Notes: generated from the sequence alone by a model not told the origin. Shown: positions 1 to 10,765, counted from the stretch's first letter. The stretch is 64,000 nt of DNA from Stomatohabitans albus (GCF_036336025.1 NZ_JAYKKE010000002.1:239364-303363); one strand, 5' to 3'. Made by a program: numbers and translations.

Positions 1-108
1 ATGGAGCTGCCAGGTGTCGATATAGAGGAACTACGGCAAGGTATGCGTGACGGTGAGCTTGTGGCGTGCCCTGAATGTGACACCTTGCTCGTACCGGCTC
101 CCGATTAG
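1..108 (+). CDS. 3' end of an upstream gene (partial; C-terminus ...LVACPECDTLLVPAPD*)
   Basis: Frame-1 reading frame is open from the window edge to TAG at 106-108. It contains a CxxC motif. The product is unknown. Confidence 0.25.
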   Translation: MELPGVDIEELRQGMRDGELVACPECDTLLVPAPD

Positions 109-124
109 TTTCTCGACAACCCCT

Positions 125-916
125 ATGGCTGAACTTCTTCCCCACCATCGTCGTGCTGCGCTTGCATTGAACGCGGCTGTACTGCACCATCGCATTGCCT
201 CGCTAAGTCAAGATGAGCTTGGCGATATGGATATTGAGCAGGGCAGAATAATTGTGGCCGATAACACGGCTCGTTGGTTGCAACGTGGACTGACCTTGGG
301 TGGTTGGGCAGCTAATTTGATGAATCCCTCCTGTCGGGATGCATACGGTTTACACGAACCAATTGTTGGTGCGGTGATGGCTAATACGGTGGTCGATGAC
401 GGGCAAACGATCGATTTAAGTCGCTTCCATGCGCCAACTATTGGGGGTGGGTTGGTCTTTCGTATGAATATGGATCTCCCCACTAGAGAAAGCACCACCG
501 TGGATATTCGTCGAAGTGTGTCTGCGGTGTTGGCGGCACTCATTATCTACGACAGTCGCCTCGAAGTATCTGCGAACGGCATTGCCCTCCAAGCGGATAA
601 CGGTGGATTCGGTGGGGCGGTTATTGCAGCGCGGGGTAAAGCCCTGACCAAAGTGGATGTGAAATCTGCGGTCGCCACCCTCATCCACAACGGCAAAGAA
701 ATGGGGAGTGGCGCTGGAAAAAGTTTGATGGGTGATCCTGTCGAAGCCGCCGCTTGGATCGTCAATGTAGTTTGTGCGATGGGGTATTCCATCAGGGAAG
801 GTCAAGAACTTATCTTGGGGACCTGTACACCTATTCAACCCCTACGTACCGGCACATGGCGAGTAAGTATCCCAATGGTAGGAGATGTGTCGTTAACGGT
901 CACACAGAATACATAA
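125..916 (+). CDS. 2-keto-4-pentenoate hydratase / 2-oxohept-3-enedioate hydratase family protein (MhpD/HpaH-like)
   Basis: The translation has the family pattern ...GDPVEAAAWIVN...ILGTCT... at its C-terminus. Length (about 263 aa) fits. I chose the ATG at 125 so that it does not overlap the upstream partial ORF; the listed ORF begins at 47. Confidence 0.5.
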   Translation: MAELLPHHRRAALALNAAVLHHRIASLSQDELGDMDIEQGRIIVADNTARWLQRGLTLGGWAANLMNPSCRDAYGLHEPIVGAVMANTVVDDGQTIDLSRFHAPTIGGGLVFRMNMDLPTRESTTVDIRRSVSAVLAALIIYDSRLEVSANGIALQADNGGFGGAVIAARGKALTKVDVKSAVATLIHNGKEMGSGAGKSLMGDPVEAAAWIVNVVCAMGYSIREGQELILGTCTPIQPLRTGTWRVSIPMVGDVSLTVTQNT

Positions 917-936
917 GCTCCTGTCTATACTCGGAG

Positions 937-1290
<354 letters not shown>

Positions 1291-2209
1291 TCCTATACCT
1301 AATAGTGCAGCGACAAGGGTAAGGTCGGGGTCGTTCAACGCCATATCTGCATTGGCTTGAACAACTGGCTTGGCGTTATAGGCGATACCGGTTCCGACCG
1401 ATCCCATCATCAATAAATCGTTGGCCCCGTCACCGACCGCAGCAGCCTCACCTGGACTAATGCCGAGGGTTTGGCATGTTTCTAGGACATGGGCACGTTT
1501 TGCTTCACCGTTAATGATCTCGCCAATGACCTTACCAGTGAGGGTGCCATCAATGATTTCGAGTTGGTTTGAAAAACAGGCGGTCATACCTAAGGCCTTG
1601 GCCAGTGGCGCAGTAACCGTACTGAAACCGCCAGAAACCATCATGGTCGCAACACCAGCGGTGTGCAGTATGGCCATTAATTCATATGCACCCGGATTCA
1701 ATGGCAGGGTGTCATGGATGGTTGTTAAAACTGTGGCAGGACACCCCGCAAGAAGCGCAACACGTTCACGTAAGGATGCATTGAAATCTAATTGACCTTC
1801 CATTGCCGCCTGGGTTACCGCGGCCACCTGGGCACCAACGCCCCAGTGGGCGGCAATCATATCAATGACCTCACCATTGACGAGGGTGGAATCAACATCG
1901 AATGCAACGAGACGGACCGCGGTTGCTGGAGTGAGCACATAGCGGCCACGCCCATCTCCGATACTGTTTGACAGCAGCTTGGTAACATCACTCCGTACTT
2001 GTGTTGTTACCCCTTCAATGACACTCGTGGAGGCTAGCTTGCGGTGGTTAAGGTAAAGATTATTCACCTGTTGACTGGCAAGTTTCGCTAAAGAATCTCG
2101 GTCAGAACCGTAAAATACGATGCGTGTTTGCGGTCGTGTGGGCTGATTCATAGAGCTGGGAGCCTAACAGGATGCGGTACGCATTGAAACTTAGGGCAGA
2201 CTATGAGGG

Positions 2210-3388
2210 GTGAATGTTGTTGATATTGTCTTGGCACTAGTGCTGCTCCTTGCCGCCTATGCTGGCTTTCGCCGCGGTGCCTTCAGTCAAATTATTGCAG
2301 TGTCAGGCGCACTTATTGGTCTCTGGTGTGCCGCGCAATATGGTACCCAGTTGACCGTTCAGATCGTTGAAACGCCGGGGTTATCACGCGGACTTGTCAC
2401 CCTGGCCATTGCCTGTGCCTTGATCGGAATAGGGTATGCCATCGCTTCAATCATTGGCGATGCGGTGAGCCGCACTGCAGCCAATACCTGGCTTGCACCG
2501 ATAGACCGTGTTGGTGGGCTAGTTACGGGGTTACTCCAAGGCCTCATAGGGGTATGGCTGGTGGGTGCAATCTTGGCCTATGGTCCGGTTGTGGGGGTCG
2601 CTGATGCCTTCCAACACTCCATGGTTGCCGGATATGTCCAACGCCTCTTTCCCACTCCACCGCAAATTGTTGGCCGATTGACGACATTTCTCGACACACG
2701 AGGATTTACCCAGGCGTATGCCGATGTGGGCGCACAGGTTGTTCCACCAGAATTAAATGAACGACCCACCTCAGCAACCGTTGGCCTTGCTGAAAGTGCA
2801 GGACGGGCGTCCGTTGTGCGCGTTACGGCTTCAGGATGTCGCTTGACTAGTCATGGGAGCGGCGTTGCCGTGGAAGAAGGGCTCATCGTTACGAATGCGC
2901 ATGTTGTTGCCGGCGCTAGCGAGATTGTCATTAATGACGTGTCTGGAGAACATGTCGCCAGTGTTGTTGCATTTGATCCACTCCGTGACGTGGCCGTTCT
3001 TGATTCCCCTGAAAGCAAAGCCGCCGTGATTCCTTGGACGGAACAGCCAGTCGAGCGCGGTGCATTTGGTGCCACATTAGGGTTTCCAGCAGGTGCTGAA
3101 ACCGTTACCGTTCGGCCAGCAGGCGTACGCGACCACCTCCAAGCGCAGGGTTATGACATCTACGGACAAACGGTTGTCACCCGCGACATTTTAGCCCTAT
3201 CAAGTGGGGTACGAATGGGTGACTCAGGTGGTCCCGTTGTCCTTGATGACGGTTCCTTGGCCGGCATTGTCTTTGCGGCAGCTACTTCGGATCCTGATGT
3301 CGGGTATGCCTTAAGTAAGGATGAAGTATTGCCAGTTATTGAACGTGCTGGGATTGATCCGGTACATACCGGTAGTTGCCGGTACTAA
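2210..3388 (+). CDS. CvpA-domain membrane protein fused to trypsin-like serine protease (MarP/Rv3671c-like)
   Basis: The N-terminal region has four predicted TM segments (CvpA-like). The C-terminal region is an S1 protease with TNAHVV...GDSGGPVV. Confidence 0.75.
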   Translation: MNVVDIVLALVLLLAAYAGFRRGAFSQIIAVSGALIGLWCAAQYGTQLTVQIVETPGLSRGLVTLAIACALIGIGYAIASIIGDAVSRTAANTWLAPIDRVGGLVTGLLQGLIGVWLVGAILAYGPVVGVADAFQHSMVAGYVQRLFPTPPQIVGRLTTFLDTRGFTQAYADVGAQVVPPELNERPTSATVGLAESAGRASVVRVTASGCRLTSHGSGVAVEEGLIVTNAHVVAGASEIVINDVSGEHVASVVAFDPLRDVAVLDSPESKAAVIPWTEQPVERGAFGATLGFPAGAETVTVRPAGVRDHLQAQGYDIYGQTVVTRDILALSSGVRMGDSGGPVVLDDGSLAGIVFAAATSDPDVGYALSKDEVLPVIERAGIDPVHTGSCRY

Positions 3389-3391
3389 AAC

Positions 3392-3420
3392 AAAAATCCC
3401 CCGCCATCGCGGGGGATTAA
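3392..3420. terminator. bidirectional rho-independent terminator between convergent genes
   Basis: Hairpin TCCCCCGC-CATC-GCGGGGGA at 3397-3416, with an A-run upstream. This gives TTTTTGTTTT downstream on the minus strand, where it serves the NYN gene. Confidence 0.6.
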
Positions 3421-3431
3421 TGACCAAGAAC

Positions 3432-4001
3432 TTATAGATACGAGGATGGATCAAACTCTTCTAAATCAATAACACGTACCCGTGGTAATTCCACATCAAA
3501 TGCACCTACATCATTTTCAAGGTCAAATATTTGTAGCCCTAAAGGCTGTAAGTGGACATACGCTGAGGACACGAACTCATTGAAACCAACGATGGAAACA
3601 TCATGGTTATTACCAAGCAGATCTTTCACAATGTCGGCGTATCCACCATCGTGAGAAACTAAAATGACATGTCCCTCACCCTGGTCAAAAATGCCAGTCA
3701 ATGTACGTAAGATCCCAATATCTACTACTTGTTCATTGATATTCCCGGTGCCTTTAAGTGGTACAACAGTGAACCCTAGTGCGGTCAGCGCTTTTACAAA
3801 TGCAATAGGTAAGAGTTCATCCGATGGGGAATGAAGGAAGAACAGACCGCTGACCTCAGCATCGGGGTACAGCTCACGAGCATGCGCTAAAACATAATGC
3901 CAACGAGGACGGTCTTCTGGGTTGGGCCGTCGTTCAAGGATCTTGCCAAGCGTGGCATCGATATTTTCACCATCAATGAGTACATAAACTTTTTTAGACA
4001 A
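3432..4001 (-). CDS. NYN-domain (LabA/PIN-like) protein
   Basis: Motif KKVYVLIDGENID followed by ILVSHDGGYADIV is typical of the NYN/LabA fold. The start is likely the TTG at 4001, preceded by GCAGGAGAAATA. The listed ORF extends to 4118 but would then overlap the DAHP synthase gene. Confidence 0.55.
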   Translation of the reverse strand: MSKKVYVLIDGENIDATLGKILERRPNPEDRPRWHYVLAHARELYPDAEVSGLFFLHSPSDELLPIAFVKALTALGFTVVPLKGTGNINEQVVDIGILRTLTGIFDQGEGHVILVSHDGGYADIVKDLLGNNHDVSIVGFNEFVSSAYVHLQPLGLQIFDLENDVGAFDVELPRVRVIDLEEFDPSSYL

Positions 4002-5364
4002 TATTTCTCCTGCGTTGCAAAATTTCTGCAATACGGAAGGCCAGTTCAAGACTTTGGGCGTTGTTGAGCCTTGGGTCACACGCGCTTTCATAGCGTCGAG
4101 AGAGATCAAGGTCTGCAATATCTTGATCCCCTCCGAGGCACTCAGTTACATCTTCACCGGTAAGTTCCATATGGACCCCACCGGGAACAGTTCCGACTGC
4201 ATCATGTGCTGCGAAGAAACCGACGATTTCATCAAGCACATCATCGAAACGTCGTGTTTTGTACCCACTTTCACTGGTAATCGTATTGCCGTGACAGGGA
4301 TCGGTGATCCAAGTCACAGTCTTATTGGCTTCCTTAACAGCAGCCAATAGCGGCGGAAGAGCATCACGGATTGCAGATGCTCCCATACGAGTGATTAACG
4401 TCAAGCGGCCCGGTTCATTATCCGGGTTTAAGACGGAAATGAGGTCGAGTAACTCGTTCGGTTCCATCCGGTTACTCACCTTAACCCCGATTGGGTTACG
4501 GACACCACTTAAGAAATGGATATGAGCGTGGTCCAATTGGCGCGTCCGTTCGCCGACCCACAACATATGGGCACTACAGTCATACCAATCACCCGAGGTT
4601 GAATCTAGGCGGGTTAGCGCCTCTTCGTACCCGAGCAAGAGTGCTTCGTGACTGGTAAAAAACTGTGTTGCCCGTAATTTTTCACTGTTCTCAGCATTAA
4701 TACCTATTGCATGTAAGAAGTCAAGCGCTGACTGAATGTGGTCAGCCATCAGTTCGTAGCGTTTACCCTGGGGGCTATCAGCTACAAATTCACGATTCCA
4801 CTGATGGACTCGATTCAAGTCGGCATATCCACCACCCACAAGGGCGCGAATTAGGTTCAATGACGTTGCCGAATGATGGTAGACCCCCAACAGACGATCT
4901 GGATCTGGAATCCGGTCTTCTTCGGTGAAGGCCAGACCGTTGACCGCATCTCCGCGATAGGACGGAAGCGTCACACCGTCCACCGTTTCTGTTTCTGAAG
5001 AACGTGGCTTTGCAAACTGACCGGCGATACGTCCAATCTTTATCACCGGCATTTTTGCGCCATAGGTCAACACCGTTGACATTTGCAAAAGTACTTTGAT
5101 TTTTTCTCGTGTATTAGTTGCTGTATCAGCAGCAAACGTTTCTGCACAATCACCACCTTGGAGTACAAAGGCCTCTCCGCGCCCAGCCTTAGCCATCCCA
5201 GCCGTAAGGGTTCGTGCTTCACCGGCAAACACAAGTGGTGGTTCACTTGCAAGTTGAGTGAGCACGCGGTTGAGATGGTCTTCGTCTGGCCAAGAAGGTT
5301 CTTGTTGAACCGGCAAGCTCCTCCACGATGATGGAGTCCAAGGAGTTGACGCGAAATCGTGCAT
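3994..5364 (-). CDS. class II 3-deoxy-7-phosphoheptulonate (DAHP) synthase
   Basis: Strong class II pattern: WTPSSWRSLPVQQEPSWPD...GEAFVLQGGDCAETF... I chose the start at MHDFAS (5364). The longer ORF reaching 5442 would read through the clpP terminator hairpin at 5401-5434. Confidence 0.85.
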   Translation of the reverse strand: MHDFASTPWTPSSWRSLPVQQEPSWPDEDHLNRVLTQLASEPPLVFAGEARTLTAGMAKAGRGEAFVLQGGDCAETFAADTATNTREKIKVLLQMSTVLTYGAKMPVIKIGRIAGQFAKPRSSETETVDGVTLPSYRGDAVNGLAFTEEDRIPDPDRLLGVYHHSATSLNLIRALVGGGYADLNRVHQWNREFVADSPQGKRYELMADHIQSALDFLHAIGINAENSEKLRATQFFTSHEALLLGYEEALTRLDSTSGDWYDCSAHMLWVGERTRQLDHAHIHFLSGVRNPIGVKVSNRMEPNELLDLISVLNPDNEPGRLTLITRMGASAIRDALPPLLAAVKEANKTVTWITDPCHGNTITSESGYKTRRFDDVLDEIVGFFAAHDAVGTVPGGVHMELTGEDVTECLGGDQDIADLDLSRRYESACDPRLNNAQSLELAFRIAEILQRRRNIV

Positions 5365-5400
5365 TCTATACAGGTTAGCGGCCCCTTCAGGCCTTCCTAG

Positions 5401-5434
5401 TGAAAACAAAACAAACCTCCAAGAATGGAGGTTT
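5401..5434 (-). terminator. rho-independent terminator downstream of clpP
   Basis: On the minus strand: AAACCTCCATTCTTGGAGGTTT followed by GTTTTGTTTTC. Confidence 0.5.
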
Positions 5435-5454
5435 GTATGCATGAACCGGCATGA

Positions 5455-6081
5455 TTAGAGCAATCCGCCCGTCTCGCGAACCTGATCAATCAGCCCGTAA
5501 TCAAGCGCTTCACGAGCACCAAGCCAAAAGTCACGGTCGGTGTCCTTTGCTACTTTTTCGAAAGGTTGTCCGGTACGTTCAGCCAGAATCTCGTTGAGGC
5601 GGTTTCGAGCAAAAACAATCTGTTCCGCTTGAATCTTGATGTCGGTGGCTTGTCCTCGAGCCCCGCCGAGGGGCTGGTGGATCATGATGCGTGCATTCGG
5701 GGTTGCCGCACGCCAGCCCGTGCCGGTTGCCAGTAAGAAGGCACCCGCTGATGCGGCTAACCCGACACAAAGGGTGTTGACTTTTGCGTTGAGTAGCCGC
5801 ATGACATCATAAATGGCGAACATACCGGTAATCACACCGCCGGGGGAGTTGATAACCAAGGTGATGTCGTCGTCACTTTCTGCACCAAGGGACAAGAGTT
5901 GGGCAACGATCTCGTCAGCCTTGGTGTCTTCGATAGCACCACGAAGGTACAACACACGATTGTCATAGAGCTTTTTGAAGGGGTTTGCCCCCATGAGCTG
6001 GCTCAACGCAGAGTCTTCTTGTTCCGGCTGGTCCTGCTCATCATCTAAGCGCCACTCGAGGCGGTGAAATTGAGCCGTCAT
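5455..6081 (-). CDS. clpP: ClpP-family ATP-dependent protease proteolytic subunit (paralog with acidic N-terminal extension)
   Basis: ClpP core motifs ...INSPGGVITGMFAIYD... and ...MIHQPLGG... are present. I chose the start at MTAQFH (6081) to avoid overlapping ppdK. Confidence 0.7.
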   Translation of the reverse strand: MTAQFHRLEWRLDDEQDQPEQEDSALSQLMGANPFKKLYDNRVLYLRGAIEDTKADEIVAQLLSLGAESDDDITLVINSPGGVITGMFAIYDVMRLLNAKVNTLCVGLAASAGAFLLATGTGWRAATPNARIMIHQPLGGARGQATDIKIQAEQIVFARNRLNEILAERTGQPFEKVAKDTDRDFWLGAREALDYGLIDQVRETGGLL

Positions 6082-6128
6082 GGAGGTTCCTTTCAACAAT
6101 GAACGATAGAGCTGTAAAGGGTAGCTGT

Positions 6129-8741
6129 TTAGTTCAAGGTGGCCTGAGCTGCGGCTAGACGCGCTACACATACGCGCCACGGTGAACATGATACGTAGTC
6201 AAGGCCAATGGTGTTGAAGAATGTGATGGATGCCGGATCACCACCGTGTTCACCGCAAATACCGAGTTTGATGTCTGGGTTGGTTTCCCGTCCATCGGCC
6301 ACTGCCGTACGGACCAATTCGCCAACACCCGTTTGGTCGATAGATTCAAACGGGCTGATATCCAAGATGCCTTCATCAAGATAGGCACTGATGAATGGGC
6401 CTGAATCATCACGGCTAAACCCAAAGGTCATTTGCGTAAGATCGTTTGTACCGAAACTAAAGAACTCGGCTTCATGCGCAATCGCCTTGGCGGTGATTGC
6501 GGCACGAGGTGTCTCGATCATCGTGCCGATCTTAACGGGGATCGTTGTCTCAAGTTCAGCAAACACAAGCGCGATCTCGTCGGCGATTTCTTCTTTGACC
6601 CAGGCAAGCTCTGTTTCACTCGTGACCAACGGAATCATGATTTCTGGATCTACGGCATGTCCAGAAGCGACAACCTGGACCGCCGCTTCAAGAATGGCAC
6701 GTACCTGCATGCGGTAAATCGCAGGATGGGTAACGGCAAGGCGGCAACCGCGATGACCTAGCATCGGGTTGAACTCCTCTAACTGGCGAATCCTTGTTTC
6801 CAATACGCTGACGTCAATACCCATAGAACTAGCAAGGTCGGCTATCTCTGATTCTCCGTGGGGCAAGAACTCGTGAAGTGGCGGGTCAAGCAAGCGAATC
6901 GTCACAGGGCGACCACCCATGGCTTCAAATATGCCCACAAAATCGGAACGTTGATGGGGGAGTAGCTCAGCCAGTGCCGCGGTACGCTCTTCGGCTGATC
7001 CGGCCAGAATCATCCGCCGCACTGCTGCTATACGATTTTCTTCAAAGAACATATGCTCCGTACGACACAGGCCAATGCCTTCAGCGCCAAAGGCAACTGC
7101 TCGTTCAGCATCAACAGGGTTATCGGCATTGGCACGGACCCCAAGCCGACGCGCCTCGTCAGCCCACCCCATCAAGATGTCAAAGGAATCTCCAAGTTCA
7201 GGCAGCTTTGTTTCTACTAAACCGGCGTAGACCTTACCGGTGGATCCATCTAAAGAAATCTTGGTGCCTTCACCGAATGTCTTCCCATTGATGGTAAATG
7301 TTTTAGCCACTTCGTCGACATGGATATCAGCACAACCGGCAACACAGCAAGTACCCATCCCTCGAGCCACAACTGCTGCGTGACTCGTCATACCACCGCG
7401 GGCCGTCAGTACCCCTTGTGCCGCAACCATACCTTCAATGTCTTCTGGGCTAGTTTCGGCACGCACAAGAATCGCTTTTTCACCTCTCTCATTGGCCTCC
7501 AACACGGCAGCCGCACTGAAAAACGCCCCGCCTGTTGCCGCGCCTGGACTCGCCGGTAGTCCGGACGCTAAGACCGTAGCCTTAGCCAATGCATCCGGGT
7601 TAAACGTGGGGTGTAACAGTTGATCAATATGTGCTGGTTCCACTCGTTTCAGTGCTTCATTACGAGTAATCATGCCCTCATTAACGAGATCCACGGCGAC
7701 CCGAACTGCGGCCATGGCCGTTCGCTTACCACTGCGTGTCTGCAAGAAATAGAGGGTTCCATCTTCAATCGTGAACTCAATATCTTGCATATCACGATAG
7801 TGCTGTTCAAGTAGTGCGGCAGTTTCAACAAACTCACGATGCACCTCAGGCATCGAATTAGCGAGTTCAGCAATAGGTTTCGGCGTCCGGATACCAGCCA
7901 CAACGTCTTCGCCTTGCGCATTCAATAAGAACTCTCCAAACAAGGCTGGCTTACCCGTTGAAGGATCACGGGTAAATGCAACACCAGTACCCGAGGTTGG
8001 GCCTTTATTACCAAAGACCATTGATTGCACGGTCACGGCCGTACCGAGATTGTGGTCAATACCGTTTAAATCACGATACACCCTTGCTCGTGGGTTATCC
8101 CAGGATCGAAACACCGCCTCAATGGCTTGGTGTAATTGGGTTGTAGGGTCTTGAGGGAATGGTGATCCGTATTCTTCTTCAACAATAGTTTTATACGTGT
8201 CGATTAATCCTCGTAAGCCTTCAGCACTAATCTCAGTGTCGGCCTCAACCCCTTCACGTTCTTTAAGACGTTCCAACTCAAGTTCAAACCGTACGCGAGG
8301 AACACCGAGAGCCACGTCTGCAAACATTTGAATAAAGCGTCGATAGGAGTCATAGGCAAATCGAGCATCTTGGGTTGTTTCTCTAAGTCCGATGACCGTT
8401 TCATCAGTTAAACCCAGGTTCAAAATCGTATCCATCATGCCGGGCATAGAAATAACTGCCCCAGATCGAACGCTTACAAGAAGCGGAGACTGTTTGTTAC
8501 CGAAGCCTTTGTTCAGCTCGCGTTCTACTTCACCGATCGCATGTTGAACATCTTCAAGTAGTTCTGGCCACAACGCCCGTTCTTGTTGGTACCGTATGCA
8601 GGATTGCGTACTAATGGTAAATCCTGGTGGAACGCGCAACCCGATAGCGGTCATCTCAGCAAGATTCGCACCTTTACCGCCCAGGGTTGAACGCATTTCT
8701 GCAGACCCTTCACTAAATGCATACACGTATTGGTTAGTCAT
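6129..8741 (-). CDS. ppdK: pyruvate, phosphate dikinase
   Basis: 870 aa. N-terminus MTNQYVYAF..GGKGANLAEM. The PEP-utilizer phosphohistidine region GGMTSHAAVVARGMG is present, and there is a C-terminal TIM-barrel domain. Confidence 0.95.
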   Translation of the reverse strand: MTNQYVYAFSEGSAEMRSTLGGKGANLAEMTAIGLRVPPGFTISTQSCIRYQQERALWPELLEDVQHAIGEVERELNKGFGNKQSPLLVSVRSGAVISMPGMMDTILNLGLTDETVIGLRETTQDARFAYDSYRRFIQMFADVALGVPRVRFELELERLKEREGVEADTEISAEGLRGLIDTYKTIVEEEYGSPFPQDPTTQLHQAIEAVFRSWDNPRARVYRDLNGIDHNLGTAVTVQSMVFGNKGPTSGTGVAFTRDPSTGKPALFGEFLLNAQGEDVVAGIRTPKPIAELANSMPEVHREFVETAALLEQHYRDMQDIEFTIEDGTLYFLQTRSGKRTAMAAVRVAVDLVNEGMITRNEALKRVEPAHIDQLLHPTFNPDALAKATVLASGLPASPGAATGGAFFSAAAVLEANERGEKAILVRAETSPEDIEGMVAAQGVLTARGGMTSHAAVVARGMGTCCVAGCADIHVDEVAKTFTINGKTFGEGTKISLDGSTGKVYAGLVETKLPELGDSFDILMGWADEARRLGVRANADNPVDAERAVAFGAEGIGLCRTEHMFFEENRIAAVRRMILAGSAEERTAALAELLPHQRSDFVGIFEAMGGRPVTIRLLDPPLHEFLPHGESEIADLASSMGIDVSVLETRIRQLEEFNPMLGHRGCRLAVTHPAIYRMQVRAILEAAVQVVASGHAVDPEIMIPLVTSETELAWVKEEIADEIALVFAELETTIPVKIGTMIETPRAAITAKAIAHEAEFFSFGTNDLTQMTFGFSRDDSGPFISAYLDEGILDISPFESIDQTGVGELVRTAVADGRETNPDIKLGICGEHGGDPASITFFNTIGLDYVSCSPWRVCVARLAAAQATLN

Positions 8742-8762
8742 GTTCCTCTCCTCAAATAATGC

Positions 8763-9629
8763 TCAACGAGGCGGTGTTTTCTTTTGTAATTGATTTCGTG
8801 CGAGACGATTAAGCACAATTTCTGCGGTTTCTTCAATAGCTTTATCAGATACATCGATAATCGGGCATCCAATTTTCCTGAATAAATCTTCTGCGAATGC
8901 GAGTTCTTCTAAAATCCGTTCTAGTTTGGTGTACGAACTTGAACTTTTGATACCCATCGCACTCATGCGTGTCTGTCTAATTTCGTTCAACCGCTCTGGT
9001 GAGTTTGTGAGTCCGATGATCCGGCCTGTTTCAACTTTGAATAATTCATCAGGAACGGGTGACCCTAAGACAAGCGGCAGATTTGAAACAAGTAAGTTTC
9101 GATTAGCCAGATACATTGACAACGGTGTTTTTGATGTTCGTGAGACCCCGATAAGCACGATATCTGATTGCAGAAACCCGCGAGGATCCTTGCCGTCGTC
9201 ATACTTCACCGCAAATTCAATTGCGGCAATGCGTTGAAAGTACGTTTCGTCCATTCGTCGCATGCGACCAGGAATTGGTTCGGGTTCTTGATCTGTAAAC
9301 GTGCGTATCCGCTCAGTTACCGACGTAAGGAGATCGATATAGTCAATGCCTGCTTGGGTACATGAGGTGATGACATGGCGAACCAGGGCAGGATCCACCA
9401 AGGTAAACAGGACAAGCGTCTGGGGGCATGTCGCTGCTTCGGCCAGAATGGCATTAACGCTTTCAGGTGAATGTACATAGGGAAAACGCCGAAGCTCACA
9501 GGTCAATCGTGGAAACTGTGACAAGGAGGCCCTTGCCATTTGCTCTCCGGTCTCACCAATCGAGTCAGAGATGATGAACACGACAAGGGGTGGGCATTCG
9601 TCCAGTTGTCTGTCAGATCCAACGGGCAT
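8763..9629 (-). CDS. PPDK regulatory protein (DUF299 bifunctional kinase/pyrophosphorylase, PDRP)
   Basis: N-terminal ...FIISDSIGETGE and a P-loop-like GVSRTSKTPLS. Lies 21 nt upstream of ppdK on the same strand. Confidence 0.8.
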   Translation of the reverse strand: MPVGSDRQLDECPPLVVFIISDSIGETGEQMARASLSQFPRLTCELRRFPYVHSPESVNAILAEAATCPQTLVLFTLVDPALVRHVITSCTQAGIDYIDLLTSVTERIRTFTDQEPEPIPGRMRRMDETYFQRIAAIEFAVKYDDGKDPRGFLQSDIVLIGVSRTSKTPLSMYLANRNLLVSNLPLVLGSPVPDELFKVETGRIIGLTNSPERLNEIRQTRMSAMGIKSSSSYTKLERILEELAFAEDLFRKIGCPIIDVSDKAIEETAEIVLNRLARNQLQKKTPPR

Positions 9630-9710
9630 TGTTGCAGCATACGGAATGAAAAAGTCTGGTAACAAAGATTTGAACCATTAATTTCGTGCAGCCATCGCTA
9701 AGCTCAACGT

Positions 9711-9998
9711 ATGAGCGAACAATCATCAATCACAATCACGAATAATGGGTCTGCGTTTGAAGCAACGAAAGATGCTCTCAGCGTTGGCTATATCAAGTAC
9801 GCACATCATGATGGGTACATTGATGCCTATTCGACCGTAGTTGATCCGGCGCACCGTGGTGAAGGTATTGCAAGCAAGTTGGTAGAAGCATTGGTCGCTG
9901 AAGCCACCAGTACGGACCTACGGGTCAAACCCACATGTCCTTACATTGATGCCTGGCTAAAGAAGCACCCCGATATTGATGCGGTGGTACGTCTCTAG
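9711..9998 (+). CDS. small GNAT-family N-acetyltransferase (YjdJ-like single domain)
   Basis: 95 aa. Contains ...HRGEGIASKLVEALV... typical of the acetyl-CoA-binding motif A. Confidence 0.55.
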   Translation: MSEQSSITITNNGSAFEATKDALSVGYIKYAHHDGYIDAYSTVVDPAHRGEGIASKLVEALVAEATSTDLRVKPTCPYIDAWLKKHPDIDAVVRL

Positions 9999-10762
9999 TG
10001 CACGTTACGATCATCGGTATTGGTCCGGGTCACCCGGACCAAATCACCGTGCAAGCAGTCAATGCCCTAAATGCACATGACGTTATTCTGCTGCCAACCA
10101 AAGCAGGGACAACAACAGGGGATACACGCCGCAGTATTGCACAGCGGCATCTCGTTAATCCAGATGCCCATCGTCTGATCGATCTCCCCATGCCAAGTGT
10201 GCGCAACCGTCCTCGTGGAGCATACCGGCACAGTGTCCAACAGTTTCGAGAACAACAAGCCGCCGCTATTGCTGCAGCACTGGATGCGCTCGACGTCACC
10301 AACGTTGCCATACTCACCTGGGGTTGCCCCACACTCTTTGATGGCACGATTGAAGGGGTAAGAACCTATCCAGGGGTTCAAATGGACGTCATTCCAGGCG
10401 TGACCAGTGTTTCTGCTCTTGCGGCTGCCCACGGTGTTGCCCAAACCGAGATTGGTCAGTCGGTATTGATCACGACAGGTCGGCAACTGCAACATGGACT
10501 TCCCGCTAATCATGGCACGGTCGTGGACATGGTTGACGCCAAGGGGCATGTATGGACGCAGGATCCCGCGGGATGGACTGCCTATTGGGGCGCCTTTGTC
10601 GGGCTAGCACAAGAAGAACTTGACCACGGTCCGCTGGATGAGATGCAGCAGCGCATACCAGCTAAACGCGCCGAATTGGCTGAAACCCACGGGTGGCTCT
10701 TTGATGTGACGTTATTGCGTCAAGATCACCAAGACCAGAACCCTCCAGAACCGGATATTTAA
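9998..10762 (+). CDS. cobF: precorrin-6A synthase (deacetylating) CobF-like SAM-dependent methyltransferase
   Basis: Tetrapyrrole-methylase signature VTIIGIGPGHPDQITVQA and VIPGVTSVSALAAAHG. It also has the CobF-type VILLPTKAG... segment. GTG start overlaps the GNAT stop (TAGTG). Confidence 0.6.
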   Translation: MHVTIIGIGPGHPDQITVQAVNALNAHDVILLPTKAGTTTGDTRRSIAQRHLVNPDAHRLIDLPMPSVRNRPRGAYRHSVQQFREQQAAAIAAALDALDVTNVAILTWGCPTLFDGTIEGVRTYPGVQMDVIPGVTSVSALAAAHGVAQTEIGQSVLITTGRQLQHGLPANHGTVVDMVDAKGHVWTQDPAGWTAYWGAFVGLAQEELDHGPLDEMQQRIPAKRAELAETHGWLFDVTLLRQDHQDQNPPEPDI

Positions 10763-10765
10763 CTG

